Assembly (NCBI RefSeq): GCF_018350175.1
Contig: NC_058368.1
Span: 8,866,001 to 8,930,000, forward strand
Source of the DNA: Felis catus
Taxonomy: Eukaryota
Length of the DNA: 64,000 bases
Direction of reading: 5' to 3'
Notes under the pieces: generated by a model
The model's database searches: none
What the model saw: the letters and a program-made list of their open reading frames with translations, nothing else
What the model was told of the DNA's origin: nothing
Part shown: one piece after another, positions 1 through 12,605 of the stretch
Position numbering within the stretch: the first letter of the stretch is position 1
Layout of the letters: each line of letters starts with the position of its first letter
Program-made: the position numbers and the translations under genes

Positions 1-1084
1 TTGATCCTGACTAGGTAGTAGTAGTAAGGTAGATAATACCACCACTGTTTTAACAATGAGTAAACATTGCCTATACAAAGTAAAAGCAACCCCAATCACA
101 TAACTGTGCGGAATAACAGAGCTGAGTCCTCTTGTCTTATCATGATCATAGCACACTGCCTTTGTGTTGTAAGATCTCAACTGATATCGAGGGAAGATAA
201 TTTAAAAGACAACAACAACAGCAAAAAAAACCAAGAGAAAGACATGATCTGCTATAGCTTTAACCTGAAAATTGCTGAAGAGCATTTTGCAAAATATGTG
301 TTTTAAATGACAGTCACATACAAATTGGGTGAGCATAATCGCTTCCCACTTGTGAATTTCTCATACATGGACTCTCTCTTCTTTTTCTTTGTGTCTTGTA
401 CCCTGGCTCAGGGCTTAGCATGGTCAATGTGGACCATTCACTGCTTCATTTTATGAATTTGACTGCACCCAGGAGAGGTGCCCATTAGCGTGCCAGGAAT
501 AGAAGAGGAATGTGGCGAGGTCTCTGACTTTGGGGAACCCCTGTGCATTGGAAAGACAGACATAAGCAGCTAATTAAAATCCAGTGTAGCGAGTAAGATG
601 CTCGAGGTGTGGGAGCTCAGAACAGGGGTTGTAACCCGGGCAGGGATCCAGGAAAGGCTTTTAGGGGTAAAACAGCTGAGCCGTATTAAAGGAAATGAAG
701 GACTCAGTGAAGAAGTGATTCTTCCATACACCTAATCAATTACAGGAACAGCATTAATGCCACCATTCACTCGGTCTATCCTTTGGGAAATGGGAAAAAT
801 AGTGAAGACAGTTAGGTTTTCCATGTGGCCATCCCCAAGAAAAGGAATGAGTTTGTGTTTATGAAACTCTTAAAGTTATTTGTGTTTGTTTGGGATATAA
901 AACTCAAGTGATTCGCCTTTCACAGATTTTTTTTTTAACATTTGATTTTTCTTGTCTAGTGCCACGATGAATTCTTCTCATTTATTCAAATAACCACAAA
1001 TGTCACCAGGGCAACCTTCAGGTATTCAAGAGTACTGTCAATCTATTTGCTTAATTTGGCAGTTTATTTAAACAAAGTAAGATA

Positions 1085-1300
1085 GGGGCGCCTGGGTGGC
1101 TCAGTCGGTTAAGCGGCTGACTTCGGCTCAGGTCACGATCTCACGGTCCGTGAGTTCGAGCCCCGCGTCGGGCTCTGTGTTGATGGCTCAGAGCCTGGAG
1201 CCTGTTTCAGATTCCGTGTCTCCCTCTCTCTGACCCTCCCCCGTTCATGCTCTGTCTCTGTCTCAAAAATAAATAAACGTTAAAAAAAATTTTAAAAAAA
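1085..1300 (+). mobile_element. CAN-SINE (SINEC_Fc-like)
   Basis: GGGGCGCCTGGGTGGCTCAGTCGGTTAAGC head, (CT)n, A tail. TSD taaacaaagtaagata/taaacaaagcaatata. Confidence 0.95.
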
Positions 1301-1549
1301 TAAACAAAGCAATATATAAATTGCGTATATTGCGTACTGATGATTCAGGTCACTCTTTTTGATCAGAATTGCACTTTTTCAGCCAGGTTTTGGGGAAGTT
1401 AATTTTGGTGAAGAAGAGGAAAGCCAGACCAATTCAGCCCTGCAAGCAACCATGTAAGGACTTACTAGGTTGCAGTAATAATGAATCAGATCCTGATCTC
1501 AGATCTCCTTAACACAACAGTCTTTAAAAAAACAAAACAAAACAAAACA

Positions 1550-1765
1550 GGGGTGCCTGGCTGGCTCAGTTGGTTGAGTGTCTGACTCTTGATTTCGGCT
1601 CAGGTCATGATCCCAGGGCTGTTGGATTAAGCCCCGTGTAGAGCTCCACACTGAGCATAGAGCTTGTTTATTCTCTCTCCCCCCGCCCCCCGCCCTTCTC
1701 TCCTACTTGTGCTCTCTCCCTAAAATAAAATAATAAGTAAGTAAGTAAGTAAATAAATAAATAAC
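1550..1765 (+). mobile_element. CAN-SINE (older subfamily)
   Basis: tRNA-like head with the gactcttgatttcggctcagg variant, CT tract, TAAG/TAAA tail. Confidence 0.9.
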
Positions 1766-2528
1766 AAAAAACAACCAGCAACAGCTAGTGATAAGGAATG
1801 TGGTCGGAGTTTCGCTAATCAGAATGATGGTTCCAGGCGGAGGGACCCGGCTGGCAGCTGAGTCCGGGCGGTTACCTTGGTGGATTTACTTGGCACAGCT
1901 TGTTTTGTTTCCTTTGTTAGTACACCAAGAAGGGCTCTGACTTTCAAGGAAGCGCTTTTAACTAAGTTCACTAGAGCTTGATACGAAAACAAAAATGCCA
2001 ATTTGTCAGTTGACGATGACAAATATATCCCCCCATAGGCAGATCTATCTAGAAAGCTAAAATTCTAATCAGAACACTGCATGCTGAACCAAACTCGATG
2101 TGCTGTAGATAATAATGGCATCTTGGTTGAGATAGCCTTGGGCAGTCATCTCCATGACTTGTGCTTTTCTGGGACCTCAGTTCTTAGAACCTCTTCCCGT
2201 GGGAGGAGACGGAGCCTCTTAGCATCCCTTGGGTGCTTGTCTGGACTTTTGCCTCCAGCCACAGTATGGTACTGGGCTTCCCACTGTACACAGCTATAGG
2301 ACAGACAAAATATATGAGGCACCTGTTTCCGAACATTGAGCAATAGACGCTACAGACCTGTGGTCCTTGGGGAAAGGGAAGCATACTAAGTGGATCCCAC
2401 ATTAGCCCCAGCTTTCTGCCTGGGGCCACTTCCCAGACCACGGCACAGAGAGGTGCTCCAGGTCACGGCCACCATCTTGCTAAGCTGAACGAGCAGATGC
2501 CAAAATTGAAGGGGTTGGAAATTGTGGG

Positions 2529-2577
2529 GCTGAGCCTGGCAAGGAGTAAGCTGAGCCTGGCGAGGAGTAAGCTGAGC
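2529..2577 (+). repeat. 21-bp tandem repeat, about 2.3 copies (gctgagcctggc(a/g)aggagtaa)
   Basis: Read directly. Confidence 0.85.
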
Positions 2578-3228
2578 GGAGGAGGGCCCCAGGAATTTGT
2601 GCCGGACTTCCCTTGTGTTTTTAGATGAAGGGTAGGCTGTGTGCACAGGGCAGTCTGGCAGAGGACGGCTACTACAGGGCTGGGAGCTGAATGGAGGTGC
2701 CAGAGGCTGCGGAGTTGGGAGACATTGGAGCTCCAGCCCAGAGAGGGTGGGGAGATCTCTTGAGCAATCCATTGATCCCTGAGAACAGCCAGGCGTTAGG
2801 AGTAAGGGCCATGACCTAGATGGAGTAAGGGTCTCTCTAGGACCAAAGACAGACTGAAATTGACCCACACTAACAAGAGTGAAACCAAGCCTGACAGAAT
2901 CAATGGAGTCTGGTAGTTTACCTGCCGGCAGACAAAGCTCAACATCATCAAGGAAGCTCCTTAGAACATATTATCCATTACGTTGAACATATATATATTT
3001 TTAAATTAGACATACAAAGAAGCAGGACCCATAATCAAGGAAAATACTAGTCAATAGAAATGGGCATTGAAATAACTCAAGTGTTAGAATTAGCAGATCT
3101 AGCAGATAAGAAATTTTAAAAACTATTATAAACGTATTCAAGCATTTCTAGAAAAAGAAGAACGTAATAAGTAATCTGGTAGGGAAACACAACAGAGAAA
3201 TGAAAACGATAAAAAAGAACCAAACAGA

Positions 3229-3436
3229 GGGGCGCCTGGGTGACTCAGTCAGTTAAGCATCCGACTTTGGCTCAGGTCATGATCTTACGGTCCATGAGTT
3301 TGAGCCCCGCGTCAGGCTCTGTGCTGACAGCTCAGAGCCTGGAGCCTGCTTCAGATTCTGTTTCCCTCTCTCTCTGCCCCTCCTCTGCTCATGCTCTGTC
3401 TCTCAAAAATAAATGAACATTAAAAAAAAAAAAAAA
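3229..3436 (+). mobile_element. CAN-SINE (SINEC_Fc-like)
   Basis: Head, body and A tail. TSD aaaaaagaaccaaa. Confidence 0.95.
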
Positions 3437-3738
3437 GAACCAAATGGAAACATTAGAACCCAAACGTATAAGCTCTGAATGAAAAAGTCACTGGATAGGC
3501 CTCACAGCACCTTGGGGACTGCAGGAAAAAGGGTCAATAAATTGAAGAGAATCAGGAGATATTATCCAGTCAGAAGAACAGAGAGAAAGATTGAAACTAA
3601 GAACAGAATGTGCGTGACAAGTGGGTAACAGGTGTGTAGTTGGATTGGCAAAAGGGAATAGAGAAATTGGGAAGAAAAAATACTTGAAGAAATGGTGGGC
3701 GTAGACATCCTAAATTTGATTTTAAAGAGCAACCCACA

Positions 3739-4006
3739 GGGCGCCTGGGTGGCTCAGTCTCTTGAGCGTCCAACTTCGGCTCAGGTCATGATCTCGTGGT
3801 CTGTGGGTTCGAGCCTCGTGTTGGGCTCTGTGCTGACAACTCAGAGCCTGATGCCTGCTTTGGATTCTGTGTCTCCCTCTCTCTCTGACCCTCCCCCACT
3901 CATGCTTTGTCTCTCTCTCTCTCTCTGTCAAAAATAAACATTAAAATATATATATATAATAAATAAACATTAAAATATATATAAAAATAAACATTAAAAT
4001 ATATAT
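3739..4006 (+). mobile_element. CAN-SINE with triplicated tail
   Basis: Head and body, TSD aacccac. Tail unit aataaacattaaaatatatat occurs three times. Confidence 0.93.
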
Positions 4007-4399
4007 AACCCACGGACCCAAGAAGCTCACTGAACCCCAGATGGGATCAATACAAATAAATCACACCTAAGCACATACTAGTCAACTACTGAACACCAGG
4101 GATAAAAAGAAAATGTTGAAGGCAATCAGATAAAGGCACACAATACATACAGGGGAACGAGGTTACGAACAACAGGTAACCTCATCAGAAACACACAGAG
4201 GCCAGAAGGCACTGGACTGACATTTATAAAGTGCCAGAAAAAGTCGGGGGGTGGGGGGGAGGGGCAGAAACCCATTCAACCCAGAATTTTATATCCAGAG
4301 AAATTGTCCTTTAAAAATCATAGAAATTTGGATGTACACACCTGAAGTCAGGCTATCAAGAGGGCAAATATGTGGAGAAACGTAGAAGACCGTCCACTT

Positions 4400-5200
4400 C
4401 ATTGTTTTTAAACTTTTTATTTTCAAATGTTCAGTTTGATGACGTCTTGCTATGAATACGTTCACAGACTCAAAACGAGATCTAGGACATTTACCCTCCT
4501 TCCAGAAAGTTTCTTCATGGCTCTTTCCACTCAGTCCACCCCTCCCCTCTACAGCAACCACTCAGTCATTTCTGTCGGCATAGATTAGTGTTGTTTACTC
4601 TGGGATTTCACACAAATGAGACGAGACATTTTATACCCTACCGTGTCCGGGGGCTTTTGTTCCACACGAGCGATGCACCCACATGGCTGAGTGAATCGGT
4701 AGTGTGTCCCTTTCTGTTGTTTGCCGTGTTTCATTTGCAGGAGCACGCCACAACGAATCTGCCCTTTTGTCTGCTGAGGGACATTTGGGTTGTGACTTTT
4801 TCGCTCTTACAAATAAGGCTGTTAGGAAGATCCTGGCACGATCTTTTGTTGTCATTCTCTCAGATAAGTTCCTATGTTATAAATTACTGGGTCATAGGAC
4901 AGATGTGCGTGTAACTTTAGGAGAAAGTGTCAAACAGTTCTCCAAATGCTTGTGCCATTTTGTGCTACGCTCAGCAGTGTGTGAGTTCCAATTCCCCCAC
5001 CACCTGCCAACATTTGATCTTCTTACTAATTCTGAGTGATCCTGTTGTTGTTTGAGTCATGGCAATAGATGGGAAGACTCTCTCATTATGGTCATAATTT
5101 CCATTTCCCCATCACCAATGATGTTGAGCACTTTTTGTGCGCTAATTGGCTATTGGGATATCTTTCCTGGGGTGTTGGTTGCCCATTTTGTAGTGAGTTG
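4400..5200 (-). mobile_element. Ancient L1M-type 3' end remnant
   Basis: aatttccatttccccatcaccaatgatgttgagcactttt and similar text resemble antisense L1M ORF2 end/3' UTR. Confidence 0.6.
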
Positions 5201-5402
5201 TCTTCTTACCAAATGGCAGCCACCCCCTTGACCGGGGCACACGGGCCCTCTCAAGGTTACCACAGCCCCCCTGGCCCACCCCTCATTTGTGTTTGTGACC
5301 TGTCTTCTAAATTGCAGCATTTCCAGGTTGACTCCGGATGGTCTACCGTCATGAATAGGAAAAATGGAACACAAATCTATTGCTAAGATATAAAGGATTT
5401 TA

Positions 5403-5404
<2 letters not shown>

Positions 5405-5451
<47 letters not shown>
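5405..5451 (+). repeat. (TTA)n microsatellite
   Basis: Read directly. Confidence 0.95.
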
Positions 5452-5868
5452 TTAGATATAAAGCATTTTAAAGTGCTGTCTTCTTCTGCAGTTGTTCCCA
5501 GCAGGGGTGAGTTCACAAAGGGCTTCCCCTGTCACGTGGATGTGGTGTCATGGCAGAAATGGCAGTGAGAGGGACCAGAAGGTGCTAGATGGATGTACAC
5601 GGTGCCTGGGAAAGGCTAAAAGTGTGGGGCTCCTTCCTGACATGTATTCAACATTTGTAGAGTCAGATCAGAGGATAAACTGATTTTTTCTTAATAAAAA
5701 CTGTTCACCAGAACATCCATCATACGTAATGTAATCCCACTGCCTTTTCTTCAAGTCAACAATCTGAACAAAAATTGAGAACGGTGTTTCCTGCTTGGCT
5801 GTAAAATCATTCTCTTCCGTGATGTTCTAACTCAGATTGCTTCTTAGGGGCCATTTTAAAGCACTTTA

Positions 5869-6073
5869 GGGGCCCCGCGGTGGCTCAATCGGTTAGGCGT
5901 CAGACTCGGTTTCTGCTCAGGTCAGGATCTCATGGTTTTGTGAGCTCAAGCCCCACATCAGGCTCTGTGCTAACAGTGCAGAGCCTGCTTGGGATTCTCT
6001 CTCTCTCTCCCTCACTCTGTGCCCCTCCCCCACTCACACTGTCTCTCTCAAATAAATTTAAAAAAATTTTTTT
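5869..6073 (+). mobile_element. CAN-SINE
   Basis: Degenerate head ggggccccgcggtggctcaatcggttagg, CT tract, A tail. Confidence 0.9.
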
Positions 6074-6086
6074 GTGAAGCACTGTA

Positions 6087-6804
6087 TTTTTTTTATGTTC
6101 TGTCCTGTTATTTTGTTTGTTTTTTAAAAATAGAATTTATTGTCAAATTGGCTAACATACAGTGTGTAAAGCGTGCTCTCGGTTTTTGGGGTAGATCCCC
6201 GTGGTCCTTCGCTTCCATACAACACCCAGTGCTCATCCCAACAAGTGCCCTCCTCAATGCCCATCACCTATTTTCCCCGCTCCCCCACTTCCCATCCACC
6301 CTCAATTTCTTCTCTGTATTTAAGAGTCTCTTATGGTTTGCCTCCCTCCCTCTCTGTAACTAGTTCTTCCCCTTCCTTTCCCCCAGGGTCTTCTGTTAAG
6401 TTTCTCAAGACCCACATATGAGTGAAAGCATGGTATCTGTCTTTCTCTGACTGACTTATTTCACTCAGCATAGTACCTTCCAGTTCCATCCACGTTGCTG
6501 CAAATGGCAGGATTTCATTCTTTCTCATTGCCCAGTAGTATTTCATTGTATATAGAAACCACATCTTCTTTATCCATTCGTCAGTTGATGGACATTTAGG
6601 CTCTTTCCACAATTTGGCTATTGTTGAAAGCGCTGCTATAAACATTGGGGTACAAGTGCCCCTCTGCATCAGCACTCCTGTATCCTTTGGATAAATTCCT
6701 AGTAATGCTATTGCTGGGTTGTAGGGTCGTTCCATTTTTAAGTTTTTGAGGAACCTCTACACTGTTTTCCAGAGTGGCTGCACCAGTTTGCATTCCCACC
6801 AACA
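6087..6804 (-). mobile_element. 5'-truncated carnivore LINE-1 (ORF2 C-terminus, 3' UTR, poly(A))
   Basis: ORF 6331-6735 encodes PAIALLGIYPK..CTPMFIAALSTIAKLWKEPKCPSTDEWIKKMW, the L1 ORF2p C-terminus. T-rich tail at 6087-6126. Confidence 0.95.
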
Positions 6805-6862
6805 GTAAAGCACTTTACTTTAGATAATAAATCATTTAATCTCAGTAAGCAGCCTCACAGTG

Positions 6863-6865
<3 letters not shown>

Positions 6866-6902
<37 letters not shown>
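6866..6902 (+). repeat. (CA)n microsatellite
   Basis: Read directly. Confidence 0.95.
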
Positions 6903-6905
<3 letters not shown>

Positions 6906-7299
6906 CCCACACATATCCAGACATAAAGTGCACATCAAAATACATTCAGCAGAGACCTGTTGGAATGACAATGGTTTTCCCTTCGTTCCCTTCACTGTTC
7001 ATTTTGGGGAGAGCAGGATGATTGCATTTGGCCACGTTTGCAAGGAGTTAGATCCCTGAGTTCACCTGACTGCCAGTCAGGGCACAGCCAGCAGGCCGAA
7101 ACCACTCCAGTTATTTTAGCAGTGAGAATTTAACATAAGGGATTGTTAGGCAGGCAGCCAAAAAGGTAAAACAAGAACTCTGAGGTGTCGTGGAGGTAGC
7201 AGCTATAGGAGAAGCTGCAGGTATTCAGGTTAAAATGATTAAAACTGAGAAGCTTGGATAAGGCGCTTCACGGAGCTGAGTCTCAGACCTCTGATGGGG

Positions 7300-8150
7300 G
7301 CCACCGGTCTCTGAGTTGGAGGAGGAGCTCCTGGGCTGAGATCCAGACCAAAGAGAGAGTGCCGGATATCTGGGGAGGAGCTGAGAAGAGGTTTCCATGC
7401 CTAGGGAACTGCCAGTGCAAAGGCCCCGAGGTGGGAATGTGCCTGGACCAGCAGTCCTCAATCTTAGGCATTGGGACCACGGAGAAGGCTTGGGAAACAG
7501 ATTGTAGGGCCCCGCCCCCAGCGTTTCTGAGTCACAGGCAGGGAGTGGGGCCCGATAATTTGCATTTCAACAAATGTTCAGGTGCTGCTGACTGCTGGTT
7601 TGGGGATCACTCTTGGAGAACCACAGTCCCGAAAGTGTTCAAGGAATAGCAAAGAGGCAAGTATAGCTGGAACAGAGTCAACAAGGGAGAGAAGAGCGAG
7701 AGCCGAAGTCAGGAGGCTGTGGGGCCCAGATGCTGCCAGGCCTGGTGAGCTGGCATGGGGGCCCGGCCTGTACCCTGAGCAAGACGAGGGCTTCATGCAG
7801 AGGAGTGAGTCCTGAGGTACAGTCTTCGAGGATTCCCTCTGGCTGCCGCCGTGAGACAAAATGGTTCAGGGACAGGCACTGGTGCAGCGAGAACAGTCCA
7901 GGGATTTTTCCAGTAACCTGGATGACGGGGACTGCAGCCAAGTCAGCAGCAGGGAGGAGGACAGAAGTAGCCACATTCCCAGACATATGCGGGAGGGAGA
8001 GCCCACGTTGCCTGACTGCAGTGATTGGAAAAGCAAACAGGAGAAAAGGGATTGGAGGCAGGGACAGGAGATTTTCCTCTGTTCTGTGGCGAGCTGGACT
8101 CTGAAGAGTAAGAAAGGGAGGGTAGGGAGCCAGAGGACAGCATAGGAAGG
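7300..8150 (+). mobile_element. L2 remnant interrupted by a MER5A-like element
   Basis: cagtgcaaaggccccgaggtgggaatgtgcctgg..gtgttcaaggaatagcaaagaggcaagtatagctgg is typical L2 text. Confidence 0.55.
7449..7626. mobile_element. MER5A-like hAT-Charlie MITE
   Basis: cagattgtagggccccgccccca..aatttgcatttcaacaa..ttggagaaccac. Confidence 0.7.
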
Positions 8151-8282
8151 ACGATCGTGCATTTGTTCTGTTTGTTAAAGGTAAGAGACAGACATTTGTA
8201 GAGGCTGCGTGTGTGGAGCCAGAGAGGGGAAACCCTAGGGAGAGAGACAATAGCAGAAACAAGGTCAGGAGAAGCCAAGAGT

Positions 8283-8765
8283 GTGTGGCAGTCCCAGTGA
8301 TGCCCTCAGAGATGTCCCCGGACTAAAGCCCAGAAGCTGTATGTCCCTCAAGTGGTAAAGGGACTTTGCAAGTGTGATTAAGGAACTTGAGTTGGGGGGG
8401 GGGAGGGGGGCTTGTCCTTTGGGGCCCCAATGTGATCAGGAGGGTCCTTAGAAGAGGGAGGTAGAAAAGATGTGACATGAGAGCAGGGGTCAGAGAGAGA
8501 TTGGAAGATACTGTGCCATTGGCTTTGAAGATGGAAGAAGGGGCCACTAGTCAAGGAACGCAGGCAGCCTCTAGAAGCCGGGAAAGACAGGGACACGGAC
8601 TGTCCCCTGGAGTCTCCATAAAGGAACACAGACCTACCGACACCCTTGTTTGTAGCCCAGTCAGACCCATTCTCGATTCACGGAACAGTAAGATGATAAA
8701 TTTGAGTTGTTTCAAGCCATTCATTTTGTGGTGATTTCCTACAGCAGCTACAGGAAATTAACGCA
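8283..8765 (+). mobile_element. MaLR solo LTR (MLT1D-like)
   Basis: gggactttgcaagtgtgattaagg..ggctttgaagatggaagaaggggccac..gcagcctctagaagc..ataaatttgagttgtttcaagcca..ttgtggtgatttcctacagcagc. Confidence 0.85.
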
Positions 8766-9729
8766 GGGGGTATAGACAGGAGAGTGAGGGAACTAGTCGT
8801 CAAGGAGTATTACCTCCGAAAAGACATAGCTTCCAAAGTAAAGGTTTGTCTTTTAAGTTTCGGAATAAGAAACAGTAGGGCTCCGTGCCCATTGACTTCC
8901 GTTTCCTCAGCAAAGTAGAAGTCGAGACCATACGCCCAGTTAGGGCCTTTTATGGATGAGGCAGCGGAAGGAAGCACAGAGTTAGGTAACTTGCCCTCCT
9001 TCGCACAGCCCCAAATAGCAGAGGCTGGATTCGAACCCAGGCAGTGTGACCCCAGAGCCCGCCTTCTTGACTACCTCCCCACGTAGCCTCTTCTGAGCAA
9101 AGAACTGAGAGCGTTGGAAGGGGACAGTGTTGGCCAGTGACAAAGGTACGTCGGAGCCATTTCTGGGCCTCCAGATGCCAGTGAAGGGCACAGCAGTGAC
9201 CACCGTGGCGGAGTGCCGGTGGAGGCTGGGGCTGCTGGGTCTGGGAGAGACCCGAAGGTCATGGCATCGGACGGGCCATTCATGGGCATGTCACAGGTAA
9301 ATGGCGAGAGGCTGGAATAGGTGTTGAGAGGAGGCTACGAGCGGGTGCCAGGCTCCATACTGCCCGGGGTGCATGACGGGGAGGAGGGGGCGGGTGTCAC
9401 TCTATGATTCCAACTCCAAGGTGAGGAGGATGGGAAGCCACAGGCAGGAACTTTGAAGGAAAGTCAGTGCCAGACCCAGACTAGCCAGGAGGGCACCGCC
9501 TCAGAGCTAAGTTTGAACACACAGGTTCAGAGTCAGCGTTGGTTGCTCGGGCCAGGTAAGAGAACAGGCAGGTGTGAATCCACACAGGCGGATGGCTCAG
9601 AATGGCACCAAGGGGCGGGTCCCACAGCCAGAGGTAGATTCCAGGCAGGTGGCAAAGGCTGTGGGTCTTCTGTGCACCAGCGGAGGCAGGGCTCTGTGGA
9701 CCTGAGTGTTGAGCACCGGGTCCGGGGCC

Positions 9730-9990
9730 TCGCTACCCAAAGGGTGGTCCCTAGACCAGCAGCATCCTAGACCACTGGTGTGGCTTGGTTGAAATGCAAA
9801 CTCTGAAGCTCCAGCCCGACCTTGAATCAGTGTCTGCATTTTGACAGCTCCTCGGGTGATTTGTATTAACGTTGAATACAGAAGCACCGGCTGCTTACAG
9901 TGCTCGGACCAGCAGGGTCTCCATCACCGGGGAACCGTGATAGAAATGCAGATTCTCAGGCCCCACCCCAGCCCCACTGAATCCCAAGCC
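9730..9990. mobile_element. MER5-like MITE fragments
   Basis: gtggtccctagaccagcagcatc..gaaatgcaaactct..gaatcag..ctgcattttgacag, and tagaaatgcagattctcaggccccaccccag. Confidence 0.65.
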
Positions 9991-10330
9991 CTGCCTGCGA
10001 TGGTGACGATCTCGCTGGCACGATCACGAGGTAGCATGGCCTCGACGTTGCCACCAACTTGGACCCACCCGGTTCGGAGAGACTTGGTGAAGATCGGTAA
10101 CCCTTCCCGTGTAGAGTACTCGGCGCCTCAGCCCAGGAAGAGTGCCCAGTCCCTGTGAGCTGTGACGCCACCGACAGCGACTGTCTCAGGCCCCCTCTTT
10201 TCAGGTGTGCTTTTCCTTCCTTTCTGCCCGAGACCTTTTTCTGAAAAACTGGAAGAGAAAGAAATAATTGCATCTTCTGGTACCTAGTGTGATAAGAACC
10301 CCCTCTTGCTTTCCTTGTGATTATATTTTT

Positions 10331-10536
10331 TAAATGTTTTTGAGAGAGAGAGAGAGAGAGGGAGAGAGTGCGAGCAGGGGAGGGGGGCAGAGAGAGATGG
10401 GGGACAGAGGATCTGAAGGGGGCTCTGTCTTTGCTGTCAGCACAGAGCCCGATGTGGGGCTTGAACTCACAAATTGTAAGATCATGACCTGAGCCAAAGT
10501 CAGACGCTTAACTGACTGAGCCACCCAGGTGCCCCC
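10331..10536 (-). mobile_element. CAN-SINE
   Basis: Reverse-complement head at about 10536, (GA)n. TSD tgtgattatatttt. Confidence 0.93.
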
Positions 10537-11049
10537 GTGTGATTATATTTTTAAAAAAAGACGTGTAATATTTTAACCAGCCAGTAACAAAAGGGGAAAC
10601 TTGTCTTCTTGGGAGTTCTAATGAAGATCACTTTCACGCTGGCCTTTGCACGATAGGACCGCCTTTGTCCACCCTTGTCCATTACGTAAGGTGGACATGA
10701 CCATCTCGGACTTTGGTTTGGACCTAAGCAGTCACTTCCCAGCCTCTTGTGAGACACAGGACAGTGGCCCCAGGTCCTTATCTGACAACTGTGTCTTCAG
10801 ACAATATGTGCTTATGGACGTGCAGCAAACCAAAACAGTAATAAACTCCAAGAAAATAGTACGTAGCTAGGTTACCTTCCACAGCCTCATTGAGTACCCA
10901 AGTCTTAGCTTCCATGGTCAAATTGCGTCCACTCCATTTAGATACGTGCATTTTTTATGCTTTGTCCTAGCCTAACATTCATGAAGGCTGGAAAATACTC
11001 CCATTTGTAATATTGCGATGATTCTGCAACCCCCCTCGAAAACAATACA

Positions 11050-11280
11050 TGGCTAGTGTTTATCCAGTGATTGATAGAGACCAGGCACGATGCTAGGCAC
11101 CTACTCAGAATTCGCCCCCCGCAACCTCACACTAGCCCTAAGACGTCATCTCTGTGCGATCCCCATTTTACAGATGAGGAAACTGAGGCTTAATGGGGTT
11201 CATCCCCTGCACGTGAGCATCAACCAAGAAGCTCAACCCCAAGTCTGGTGGACACTACGGTGCATGTTCTTGCCACCGCA
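11050..11280 (-). mobile_element. MIR
   Basis: atccccattttacagatgaggaaactgaggct core. Confidence 0.75.
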
Positions 11281-12449
11281 CTTGGAGGAGGTCTTTAACT
11301 CTGCGCTGTGTGAAGACAATAATGGGATTAACCAAGAATGACTGAGTCTCTTCTGTGAAAAAACTGAAGAGCTTCCTTAACTACAGACACCTTATAACCT
11401 GTCTTAAGAGCTACAAGGTGGGATGTAATATGAATCACCAGATGTCCCCTACTGAAAACACCTGTAGTCTTATTGACCCCCCCCCAATCCAGCTGGGATC
11501 CTGCTGACCCAGTGCTCAGCCCCACATTGTCCATCCCTGTACCAGTGTGTGCCAGGACTCCTGTCTCTTCCAGGGTCCCTTCAGTGCTCTCTCTGAGTTT
11601 AAATTTGCTCTAAGTCACTTTAAGAACCACCTACAGCTAGCAGATGAATCCCACTGAGGCCTGTCGTGTATCGTCAGCACTGCGCAGGCTGCTACAACCC
11701 GACTCGCTCCTTATTTATTGCCAGAGGTAGTAACCCCTTCAAATCGCCATCATCAAGGAGTCTTCTGTCTTTCTCTAATAGGAGGGACCGTGCCCATGCA
11801 CAAGGGTCCTCCACAGTCTCCGAGCAGCAGAGGGAAGCAGGGCAAGAAGTCAAGGTAAAAGTACCCCCCTTCACATCACATCGTCCAGCAACACTGCTGT
11901 CTTGGTATTTTCTGCATAATACTATGAAATGTCACCTGAGGGGCAGGTGTCTCTGTTTGTACATTTCATACCTGCAAACAGGTCGGCTACCCTTAAACCT
12001 GTAACCTTTTCACAGTTCTGTTTGGCTCTTTTTTGGGATTGCACACCCAGCCCCTATTTCCTGCCCCGAGAAGGGGTCGGTGTGATTCATCATCTGGTCG
12101 CAGATTTGATTTTCTGTGACTTGCTGTCTTTCCATCCTCATACTCAGAAGCTCATCAGTCGCTCCTCCGTTTACCTGACCAGCTCGTGAAGCCAGATCCA
12201 CCCCACCCTCCATGCTGATCCCCCAGCCCACCTCCCATCCTCCAGCCCCGGGGCAGGTGTCTTGGTCTAGCCTGGCTGCTTCGCACCACACAGCCTCATT
12301 GAAGGCTAACTGTGAGCAAAGGATGTGCTTGTAGGCTTTCAGCCCTGAGAATTTTGATTTTATTAGTAGTCTTGAAGCCAGTTCCTCACCCACCTAGCGG
12401 TTGTGTGCTCAGAGAGAGGAGAGCCACTGAGGGTGACATCTCGCCTCCC

Positions 12450-12605
12450 CCGTGCTGTCAGGTACCCCATGGATTTCAGACGCTGTACAGGAAGCTCCTG
12501 GGACCTTGTTAACATGCAGTTTCTGATTCAGTCGGTCTGAGCTGGGCCTGGGCTCCTGCATTTCTGACAAGCCCCGAGTGTATGGACCACACCGTGAGCA
12601 GGAAG
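12450..12605. mobile_element. MER5A-like MITE
   Basis: cttgttaacatgcagtttctgattcagtcggtctgagctgggcctgggctcctgcatttctgacaagc. Confidence 0.6.

Larger units (their letters stand above)
2900..4330 (+). mobile_element. Ancient L1M-type LINE-1 ORF1 remnant, interrupted by two SINEs
   Basis: A-rich strand with L1 ORF1-like motifs such as caacccagaattttatatccagagaaattgtccttt and aaatcacacctaagcacatactagtcaactactgaacacc. Confidence 0.65.

Noticed and set aside
1819..2022. Minus-strand ORF with a donor-like AAG|GTAACC near 1870-1878
   Set aside because: An isolated splice-like motif with no recognisable product or partner exon.
4745..4770. Peptide HNESALL resembling the preceding MTUS2 exon (NESALVK...)
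   Set aside because: It lies in an old L1 remnant, the match stops after five residues and there are no suitable splice sites. The real exon is probably upstream of the window.
9995..10200. CpG-containing, coding-looking stretch (possible processed pseudogene fragment)
   Set aside because: No frame gave a protein I recognise and there is no poly(A) tail or TSD. A BLASTX search would settle it.
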